A stretch of 60,974 nucleotides of DNA, filler included, from Catajapyx aquilonaris (lineage: Eukaryota): assembly GCA_000934665.2 (NCBI GenBank). It is 4 parts of 4 records of this genome, joined end to end, with 100 filler letters (N's around TTAATTAATTAA, not from the genome) between each part and the next. Parts side by side here need not be neighbours in the genome. Positions count along the whole stretch, not along the records: positions 45,813 to 60,974 come from KZ539709.1; 3 more parts are not named here. One strand, given 5' to 3'. Made by a program: the position numbers and the translations under genes. The notes beneath the pieces are model-generated. The model ran no database searches. It saw nothing but the letters and a program-made list of their open reading frames with translations, and was not told the origin of the DNA. Positions 49,785 to 60,974 of this stretch are shown here, one piece after another (within the stretch, counting starts at the first letter, position 1; every line of letters begins with the position of its first letter).

Positions 49785-50312
49785 CAGGGTGTTTACGACC
49801 TAACTTTACAAACTTGTAGGGTTAATAGAGGGGACCAAGACAAACATATTTCACATAGGAACCCGTGTCCGGAAACGCCATCTAGAGGGGGTTCATAGAC
49901 AAGGAATGGGTGCGCTCAGACGCGTCAGGCGGGCGGCATTAGTGAGCGGACCGTTTTGTTGCTAGGTGGCGCGCGGATTGTACACAACTCAGCAATTCGC
50001 CATAACCTGGCAACAACAGAGTTGCTGTTTATTATCTGCGCGCTACCTGGCATGCTGACTTTAGTTGTTATGTGGTTCTGTTGTTGCCAGGTTATTGCGA
50101 ATTGCGTAGTTGTGTACAATCCGCGCGCCACCTAACAACTAAACGCTCCGACCGCTAATGCCCCCCGCCTGACGTGTCTGAGCGCACCCGTTCCTCGTCT
50201 ATGAACCCCCTCTACATGGCGTTTCCGGACACGGGTTCCTATGTGAAATATGTTTGTCTTGGTCCCCTCTATTACCCCTAGAAGTTTGTAAAGTTAGGTC
50301 GTAAACACCCTG
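49785..50312. mobile_element. Palindromic MITE with CAGGGTG termini
   Basis: cagggtgtttacgacc...ggtcgtaaacaccctg, almost fully self-complementary, TATA on both flanks. Confidence 0.9.
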
Positions 50313-50531
50313 TATATACTTGATTGGATAATGTTACACTGCCTGGTCCCATCCTTTTTAATGCTTGCAAAGGGGCCTGGTGTGGTGATAATGTGTTCTG
50401 TCATTGGCTTTCAATGCCAGTTGTTCCAATGAATGGTTCATTTCCAGTAGGAAATTCATTGCAATTCATAGCTTGGATAGATGATTCAGTTTGGCCTAAT
50501 ATTAGCAGCTGCTAATTTTGATAACCACTAA

Positions 50532-50657
50532 GGGCCGGTTTCACCGAGCTCGGTATATGATAAAACCAGGGTTCTTTCGGAAAATCCCTACATATTTGTA
50601 TGGATTTTCCTAAAGAAACCTGGTTTTATCATATACTGAGCTCGTTGAAACCGGCCC
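50532..50657. mobile_element. PIF/Harbinger-like hairpin MITE
   Basis: GGGCCGGTTTCA...TGAAACCGGCCC, TAA TSD. Confidence 0.85.
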
Positions 50658-50747
50658 TAAAAGTAATTATTTCAAAGTAATTGCTTTAAAATGAGAATCT
50701 TAGAGCAAAACAATCAGTAACTAAAACATTTCAATTGGAACACCTAG

Positions 50748-52604
<1,857 letters not shown>

Positions 52605-52949
52605 CCCTGGGGAAGGGGGGGAGGGGCAGAAGGGGGCAGAGGCAGAGATCAAGTTATGCGGCCAGCTGTGTCTTCCGCCCCCTTCGTTGTACTACAGGCA
52701 GGCTCTGAGGTGAAGTTTATTAGCTAGGAGGTTAAAACCCACCAGATTCATGAGTGCTGCTTTGATGCAGTAGGGATGGGAAGTGTTTGGGGTACATTGC
52801 ACAGTTGTACTAGATAACATTTCTGTCCCACAAGTGAATTTCCATGGGATTTCCCTAATTCTTCACTATCATCACCCTCATTCACAAGATTTTCATGTAG
52901 CATTAAAAAATTTTGTGTATACAGTAGCAGAGAGCAGTTTCATATGCCA

Positions 52950-53883
52950 AAGGACATGGTGGGGTCCTTATGGGAAAAGTGGAACCAGATGGATTTCAAT
53001 GAAACGTGGTCAGTTGATAGACCTTGACTTTAGGGTCAATTGTTCTGAAGGTCGGAAAAAATCTACCATGCCATTTGGCAGCTAGAGGCGCTCAAAGTTG
53101 GAATTTCAGGTTGTTCCTATCGGGCTCATTTTCGCATATATTGTAGAGCAGGGGTTTCCAACCAGGGGTACGTGGTGGCCCTCCTGGGGGTACAGAGCTG
53201 AGTACCCCCCTGAGTCCAAATTGAGCAATTTTGGACATAGCACAGCGCATAAGTGGCTTGCACAAAGGAAAATATAGTTGGATTATAATCGAAAAAATTA
53301 CTTAATATTCTTTCATTTCATCATATTCCTGGTCCCAAAATATTGATTATAAAGTAGTTATCACGATTATCACGGATAAGTTAAATGTCAAGGATTCGGT
53401 AAATTTTTCCATCTGGTAGGGGGTACGAGAAGGACCAACTGCTCTCAAAGGCGTACGAAGGCCTGAAAAGGTTGGGAACCACTGTTGTAGAGTTTCATGA
53501 GCTGAGTCGAATGAGCCATGTGGCAATTTTCTGTGACAAACCATTTGGCAGTTATTGCTATGTCACACTTATAATCCCACTACAAGGTCTGGCAAGGTCA
53601 GATGTTGATCTCGATTGTGCGCCTGGCGGCCAAATGGTTTATCACAGAAAATCCTCACATGGCTCATTCGACTCAGCTCATGAAACTCTACAACATTTGT
53701 GAAAATGAGCCCAATAGGAACCACCTGAAATTCCGACTTTGAGCGCTTCTAGCATCCCAACGGCATGGTAGATTTTTTCAGACCTTCAGAACAATTGACC
53801 CTAAGGTCAAGGTCTATCAACTGACCAAGTCTCATTGAAATCCATCTGGTTCAACTTTCCCATCAGGACCCCACCATGTCCTT
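52950..53883. mobile_element. Palindromic foldback element with a nested hAT MITE
   Basis: aaggacatggtggggtcc...ggaccccaccatgtcctt; the arms pair once 53149-53492 is removed. Confidence 0.85.
53149..53484. mobile_element. hAT (Charlie-like) MITE
   Basis: CAGGGGTTTCCAACC...GGTTGGGAACCACTG; 8-bp TSD TTGTAGAG; empty site in the opposite arm (~53680-53700). Confidence 0.92.
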
Positions 53884-55230
53884 CCATCAATTCTGAAACT
53901 GAACATCTCTTCCACCATGTGAGCGTTTGAACATTTTTATAAGCAGTGACTCTATTTAAGCATGTCATTGGTGCTTAGAAGAAAAGCAGTATCTGCAATA
54001 TGGACATGGGGATTTCATGTTGGCAGGCCCAGAGTTGCATAGTCAGTTGTCTGTGGAAAGGTAGTACATCCCACCCATCATCTTATCTGCATCCCAGCCT
54101 CTCTGGATCACCCACCAAGATCTGAATGATGTGGTATTGTCATGACTGTTTTAATGATAACTATCACAAGAATGACATACGACAATGCCCATCTTGCCAA
54201 GCCTTCTTGGGCCCTGGGTTTTCTTGCTGTGCAATCCAGAGGGGATGGGATTCAGATAAGGCGGTGGGTGGGATGTGTCTTAACACCAAAAACTGACTAT
54301 ATAACATTTGTTCCACTAAACATAATTTTTCCTGATGGGTCAGCCGTGATTTTCTTGGTTGACTGTTTGCGCAATTAGAAAATTGAGATTATTAACCTGC
54401 CTTGTATTTGGATTGTACATGCATATCTAATTAACCCCACCTTCCTCAAGCACCCTTAAGAAAGGCACAATAAATGAATTGCTGCCATGAATTATAATTT
54501 TAACATTTCTGAGGGTTTTGTAGACCCAGCTACATGAAATGAAATTAAGCAAAAATCTTACATTTCTCAGTACAAAAAGCAGCACATGTGTGGGGTTATC
54601 TCTTGATACAACAAATGAACAAATTTCATACAACTAGCCCTGTGTTAGGAATATGATATCCTTGGGACTAATTTTATAAAACTGTGCATCTGGTGGGTTT
54701 TTCTTTTGGCATAATTCATTTTTGCTCAGTGTCTGGAAAAATGTGATGATAGTGGCAGACATGTTGTGATATTTATTTCATATAGAGGGATTTGTACCAA
54801 GCCCTCACCACATGTGAAGGAAGGACCAAATTTTCATGGGCAGTATTTGATACTCAGTGACTCATCTTTTGCTTCTGGAGGAGCATTTTTGTTGTCTGGG
54901 ACTGTTTTGTACGCTGAATTTTTTGTATGTTTTTGTGCAATTGTTTATGGCACAGCTAGTCGGGCTATCTCGCATGCAACAGTTGCGTTTTTCTCCTTTT
55001 TAAAACGCCAACGAATATTCTTTTAGACCCCGGTATTTAATTTTTTTGTGGAACTCGATACACATTGTACATATATTTTACAGTCACAGGTGTGAACATT
55101 GATTGTACATGAACATTTGTAGAATAAAATTATAATATTACTTAATAATATAATAATATTGGGTAGTGCTGACCTTCTTGGTATTGCACGGACCTTTATT
55201 TATTTTGAAATTTTCACATACACACTTATG

Positions 55231-55502
55231 TTTTCGTCCCAACGCCCTGGTCCATGGGCGTGTGGGGAAGGGGCGGTTCCCAAGGGAGGGCGTTCTTAAA
55301 TAGTGTCTAGTCATTGCATACCCTCAGAGCACCAGACCTTTTCTCCTGGCCCTGGGCACAGTAGGGAGTGCGAGTCTGCCCGGACATGTCGGGTGAAAAG
55401 CGGAAAAAGACCCGACCAAGCAGAGGTGACAGGGACGGGATTTGAACCCCGGACCTCCCGCTTGGCTGGCCAGTAGCATAGCCACTAGGCCACCATGGCC
55501 CC
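55231..55502 (-). mobile_element. tRNA-derived SINE
   Basis: Minus-strand head ggggccatggtggcctagtggcta...ggttcaaatccc. 3' boundary approximate. Confidence 0.7.
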
Positions 55503-55573
55503 TTATTATAATATTACTTGTTTCCAGTATTTTTCTTGAGAAAATGCTGATTTACTTGTTTCTTTATCAAATG

Positions 55574-55830
55574 GGCCATGTTGTGGTGTAGTGGTTATCA
55601 CTGCAGCCTTCCACCTCTGAGGTCCCGAGTTCGAGCCCCGGATTGGACAGAGGATACTTATGTGGATAGAGGTTCGATGGGTTCTCTCCGTGTTCGTGTT
55701 GGTCTTCTCGCGGTTCTCTCGTTTCCTCCCACAATCAAAACCCATCAGAGTTCAGGCAAATGATTGAAGTCAGTGAATGAAAAGATGATCCCTTAAATGG
55801 CGCAAGGAGGCCTATCACGGGGTATATCCA
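55574..55830 (+). mobile_element. tRNA-derived SINE (V-SINE-like central domain)
   Basis: A box tggtgtagtgg, B box gagttcgagccc, core ctctccgtgttcgtgttggtcttctcgcggttctctcgtttcctcccaca. Confidence 0.7.
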
Positions 55831-56240
55831 TTATTTAAAAATTATTAGCCATACTGCTCCTGCATAAATAAATCATGCATGCTGAAAAAGTTGAAGTTTT
55901 TTTTGTGAGGAAAGCACAACGACACAGTTGGTTTATGAACCAGAGGTGAAGGACAATAATAAATTATTGTATGAAGGTGCAGTGACCTGCCTGCTTGACC
56001 ATCAGCCTCACCTCAAAATGTGCCACTTCATGCAATTTTTTGAACTCACCAGTAGATGGCAACCAACCCAAAAGGGGAAAAATTATTATGAAAGAAGCTT
56101 CTTTGGGATGAGTAAATCAGGGCTTCCTGCATGGCTTTCTTCAAAATTTTAGTACGAGGTCATCATAAATTTCATCATAATTTTTGGTGGCAGCTTGAAT
56201 CAGTTTTATGGATAGTAATTCCACTTTTTAAAATTCCAAT

Positions 56241-57169
56241 GTAGGGGGAGACCGGGGCACAGTGGACCACTTTTGCACATTTGAATTTTTATATACCTAC
56301 CTGTTATACCTACACACCCCATATTTTCAGGCATGGTGGAGATACTCCTTGGTAATATAAGTCACTACTATATTCGCAGGCAGTGCCATCCTTTTGGCTT
56401 TAAAAAAAATTAGAAGCGAACCCCTGCAAATGGTCCACTGTACCCCGATAGGTGGGGCACAGGGGTCCGGAAGTGATTGGGACCCCTAATTCACACAAGA
56501 AGTGTATTATCATTGCCTAACATTTTTTTTTACAGCTGTTCATTTTGAGGACTGTGTCAACATCACCGTTTTGCCCCTTTTTTCTACCTAATTCACATTT
56601 TTAAAATCATTGTCTCACTTTTTTTTTTACAGCTGTTCATTTGGAGGGTGGTTTGTCAAAATCACAGTTTTGCATTTTTTCTACCTAATTCACATTTTTA
56701 AAATAATTGTCTCACATTTTTTTTTACAGCTGTTCATTTCGGGACACAGTGTGCATTTCGGTGCACAGTGGTACATGGACCACTGTGCCCCGGACAGCAG
56801 CAACTGACATAATGCTATGATTGTAAATTCGATTGCAAGTTAGGCTTACCAAACTTCCGGTATTCATGGAAAAAGGGCGGCACTATTCCACAAGATTTTT
56901 ATATCAGGCTCATGCCCAACATCTACGCCTGAAGTGGCATTTAAACTGTGGGTTAGTAATTTACTTCACTTATCTTCAAATCGATCTCGCTGGATATCGA
57001 TCGATCGATCGATCGATCGATCGCTAGCCGTTGCCAGCCATGTTGGCAGGAGCATGGCAGTGACTTCTTTCACGAGGTACCAGATGAAAAAAATTTGGCG
57101 GCTTTTTCGATTTTTAAAATGGAAAGGTCCACTGTGCCCCGTGGTCCACTGTGCCCCAGTCTCCCCTAC
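56241..57169. mobile_element. Non-autonomous DNA element with GTAGGGGAGAC termini
   Basis: gtagggggagaccggggcacagtggaccac...gtggtccactgtgccccagtctcccctac; internal repeats of the TIR motif and a (GATC)n run. Confidence 0.75.
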
Positions 57170-57439
57170 TTGCCCAACCGAGTGTAGTTTGCCCACCGCA
57201 AAAAAATGGTGTGGCGGGGTAATAAACAAGATGTGATAAAAATCACCGTTGACATTATCTGGACTTTAGAATAGATAAATAGGAAACATAACAATGGATT
57301 TAGGCGGACACCAAAGCTGAAGTTGATTTGACAGTGTTAATAACTGAAATAAATATGATTACACTTTGGACAGTAAATTTCTGTGGGGTCTGGTAAAAAT
57401 TGCTACCACTACGTTTATGTTATTTAGCAGGACATTTTG

Positions 57440-57700
57440 GCTTGATGTGCAAATGGGTTTGATCCCCGCCCGGGAGTTCCCTTTCACCTGCGTCAGTTGG
57501 GTCTCTGACCTGCACCTTGGAGGCGTCTTGGCAACCTGTCCTCCAGGGGGACTGCACATGACCCTGTTTGAGACATTGAACTTGCACCTGTGTCCCCTCC
57601 CCAAAGATCCCTATTCCCTCCTCCATGTCCCTTTCTCCCTTGCATGGTGTGTGATGAAGATTACAGAAAACTGGTACAATGGTGGTGTACCACCCCCCTA
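57440..57700 (+). mobile_element. Degenerate copy of the 4945-5293 SINE
   Basis: cctttcacctgcgtc..ggtctctgacct.caccttggagg..gacattg.acttgcacc..tccccaaa..ccctat..tggtggt..cacccccta. Confidence 0.8.
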
Positions 57701-57849
57701 ATGGAGCGCCGATTCTCCCAATGCAATGGGGTAAAATAAAATAAATCAAAATAAATAACATAATACAACTGCTATGATGTCTCAAAATTCTACTTTTCCA
57801 TATAACATTTAAGAATATGCCCATTACTTGCCCATTACAGACCCTGGGT

Positions 57850-59030
57850 ATAGCAGAAACCTATCCATTGCGGAATTTTTTCTGGGAACCGGCATATGCA
57901 TAAGGCACGCAATGTATTTTTTGACAGCTATTACAGAACCTGCCCAATGCGGAAACAAAAGGGATTTTTGTCTCCCTTCAAAGAAAATCCCTGTTCATAA
58001 CAGAAATCAAAAGGTTTCACATTATCTCCTGTGAGTCAAAAAAAAATAGAAACTACACCCGTGTTCACTCCCGACCCTCCCAGGAGGCCTCTGAGTAAAT
58101 CTTTTTGGACTGTTCCTTTCACCATACTGTGCCTCCTAATTGCTGGAATTGCTGTCGGCCAGTGGCCTTGAATATATTTCGCCAAGAAAGAGGACTATTA
58201 TGTGGACGGTGCTATGCAATAATGAGTCGACCCACTTGAGAATGGCTTTGAGAAAAAGGGCTTTGAAGGTCATACCTGTGAAATTAATTCAGTGTTCTTT
58301 TCTGTCATTTATGGCAGAAGTATGTTCCTGGGCGTAGCTCAATTTCGACATTTTTGTGGGTTGACAAATTATTGCATAACACCCTCCAATACTCCATGCA
58401 CACCATTTGTGAGTTAACTTTTCCGTCATTTGTGGCAGATGTATGCAGATTTCTCCACCTTGATTTTAACTGAATGAAGTATGCCATCCTTTGGGTGTAT
58501 GTTCCTGGGCTTAACTCAATTTTGACATTTTTTGTGGGTTGACCCATTATTGACCCATTATTACGTGCATTTGGGGGGGNNNNNNNNNNNGGGGCAAGAC
58601 AATTGTGACTTGTGATTCATAGGTAGGTGCCCTGCCTTCAAGTTCACTGTTCAGTCCAGTTTTAAAATGTCGGGGAAGAGGAAGGGGTTGCCAAAGGCTC
58701 AACGTGTTGCTTGTGTCCGGGCAGATGGTCCAAAAGAGACGGCAAAATTAATACCCAAAAACTTGGTATGACAAAACTTAGTGTTTCAAATGGGTGGTTG
58801 GAAAGTTTTCGCAACAGGCACAGAATTACTCGGAAAAAAGTGTGTGGTGTGGGTGTGGTGGACTGATGCACCATATTGAAGGTAAGGTGCTTATTATTTC
58901 TCTCCCCATGTTCCTCTCTTTCTCACAGGCAAAAAACTTAGTCACGTCCTTGATCTGAATGTAACGGAAACCTTTCCATTACGGAAAGATTTTAGGATCC
59001 CGTGAGATTCCGAAATACACAAGTTTCACT
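57850..59030 (+). mobile_element. Deleted Tigger/pogo transposon with CENP-B HTH remnant
   Basis: 58759-58848 reads KLGMTKLSVSNGWLESFRNRHRITRKKVCG; right end ...agtttcactg|ta. Left boundary uncertain. Confidence 0.65.
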
Positions 59031-59311
59031 GTATTTATTATCATATATCAAGATACTCTATAACCCTCAGTTTATGGTTCTGCCAGTACAAGAGTGCAGT
59101 GACTATTCCATTGAAGACAGCTAAATTGCAATGATTTATCCTGACCCTTCAGAGCTACCCACTCCCTGCAAGTGAGCCTTCCAGGATGACTATTGAACCG
59201 AAATCAATGAAAAGTTTCAAGCCATCACTACAGGTCATTTCATTAGGCTCTATCCGCTGGATCTAAAAAGTGATGGCTTATTTTTATATAATTTTATATT
59301 TTACTTTGACG

Positions 59312-59605
59312 TAATAATATCATACTCCATTGAAGCCGTTCTGGCTTTTTAGGGGGGAGATTTGTTTTTTTTTTTTGGCTGGAACTCTTGTAAACTTTAT
59401 TTCGCTTTTTGGGACGGGATAGGGATGGAAGGAAGCGGCTGTGGCCTATTAACTAGGAAACAACTCCGGTATTCACCTGGAGGAACCGTGGGAAACCACA
59501 GAAAACCACGGTCAGAGTTGCCGGCACCGGGATTCGAACCTCGAACCCAGGACCTCCCGATTAGCAGGCGGACTCCATATCCACTACACCAACCTGCTTC
59601 GGTTA
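59312..59605 (-). mobile_element. tRNA-derived SINE, near-identical to 15383-15690
   Basis: Reverse complement of the 15383 copy over its whole body. Confidence 0.9.
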
Positions 59606-59787
59606 CTTGGACGTAATAGGAGTGGCTGTCTTCTGGATAATTTAAAAATAGTTTTCCTTGGTCTAGACTCTAGACTGTCTAGAGTATCCTTCATTGCAGA
59701 CTCATCCAATTGTACGGTACATTACAAAATCAGTTTCAGTATTGTTAATTGAAAATAATTACATAATTCTTGCAAGGCCAAAAGTTT

Positions 59788-60332
59788 ATTGATTAATCTC
59801 AGGTTCAATGAAGAGCAATCCAAAATGCTATGATGACTCAAATATGGTGGTCAGTTTTAAAAACTTGAAATTTCATTTGTCCTATAAAATTCAGCCAAAT
59901 GGGTAGCTGAAAAGAAACAAAAGTTTACATAACACTTGCTGCCTTCCAAATACTGGAATGTTATGCCTAACATGCATTGCTAAAATAATGTTCTCATTTG
60001 AACATAAACGGCTAACATACCTCTATCTTCAGGCATATGAGGGCCCTGGAACTTGCCCATCAATAGGTGGATTGATTGATCTAAGGTTTAGTGAAGAGCA
60101 ATCCAAACATGCTATGACGACTCAAATATGCTGGTCAGTTTTAAAAATATGAAATTTTGTTTGTCCTATAAAATTCAGTCAAATGGGTAGCTGAAAAGAA
60201 ACAAAAGTTTACATAACACTTGCTGCCTTCCAAATACTAGAATGTTATTCCTAACATGCATTGCTAAAATAATGTTCTCATTTGAACATAAATGACTTAC
60301 ATCCTAGGCTTTTAGGCATATGAGGGCCCTGG
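59788..60332. repeat. Tandem duplication, ~284-bp period, two units
   Basis: ttgatt.atct.aggtt..tgaagagcaatccaaa..gctatga.gactcaaatatg at ~59788 and ~60072; both units end in gcatatgagggccctgga. Confidence 0.85.
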
Positions 60333-60391
60333 AGCGTGCCCACCATCCTGATAGATATAGGAGTTTCCGACACTAATTATAAGCCCTTCAT

Positions 60392-60635
60392 TCACAATGA
60401 ATATGCCTCCTTCAAAGACTCTTCTCCCTCATAGATACTGGAGTTGTTGGAAATTGTAATCTCATCATCCGAAATAAAAGCGTCCTCCGTAAGCTCAAAT
60501 TCCTCATAGTCGTTTTCTGGAGACGTGGATGATCCATCTGCGTTGATGATGCGTGGTGCTTTGTTTTGATACCAAAAGTGTTCCCACTCATTAGCTTCCG
60601 TGACATGGGGCTCATTCTTCAGAAAACGCAGGATC
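60392..60635 (-). CDS. Possible terminal exon of an unknown gene (acidic C-terminus)
   Basis: Acceptor ttttacag followed by ILRFLKNEPHVTEANEWEHFWYQNKAP..ENDYEEFELTEDAFISDDE..*; no family recognised. Confidence 0.35.
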
Positions 60636-60974
60636 CTGTAAAAATTGCACAAAGGCAGATATGTTACTCTTAACTCCACCCAATGGACTCCATGCCACCA
60701 GGGGTAAATAAAATAAAATAAAATATTACTCTTAAGAAAGAGTGATTGGACATTCATGCACACATGTTATGGTGCTAATGTTTCATCCAAGAAGTCCCAT
60801 ATTGGTATTGTTTCTTCTAATCTTGATAACCAAAACAGTGTATTATTCAACCCGAATCTGTGCGAGAATCTGTGCCAGTGTTTTTTGGACACCCCGGAAT
60901 TATCCTAGAAAGACCGTGGAGAACCACAGAAAACCACGCTCATGGTTGCCGGCCCCGGGATTCGAACCCAGGAC

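Noticed and set aside
60765..60905. Possible upstream exon of the 60392-60635 ORF
   Set aside because: The only long open frame ends in a stop before a donor; not joinable.

Overview
Animal (very likely arthropod) nuclear DNA, repeat-rich and gene-sparse. It is split by three 100-nt N spacers containing an artificial TTAATTAATTAA, so adjacency across them is not guaranteed. Host genes I could reconstruct exon by exon: a divergent ionotropic receptor (IR; +, 2 exons); a tandem triplet of diverged paralogues I do not recognise (-, conserved all-phase-0 exon structure, C-terminal CPVxAKxRR motif); NDUFS3 (-, 5 exons); a THAP-domain gene with repeated LC8-type TQT motifs and a freshly duplicated exon (-); NUDCD2 (-, with a GC-AG intron); and the 3' end of pecanex (+). 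Most of the rest is nested transposable elements: foldback/MITE palindromes, a non-autonomous Helitron, hAT, Chapaev-like, pogo/Tigger and PIF-like elements, tRNA-SINEs, a LINE tail and nested LTR elements. The most unusual item is a decayed Helitron/Helentron-like ORF (17093-18896) in which the PIF1 helicase C-terminus runs in frame into a USP (peptidase C19) deubiquitinase domain. All calls were made by eye without database searches.
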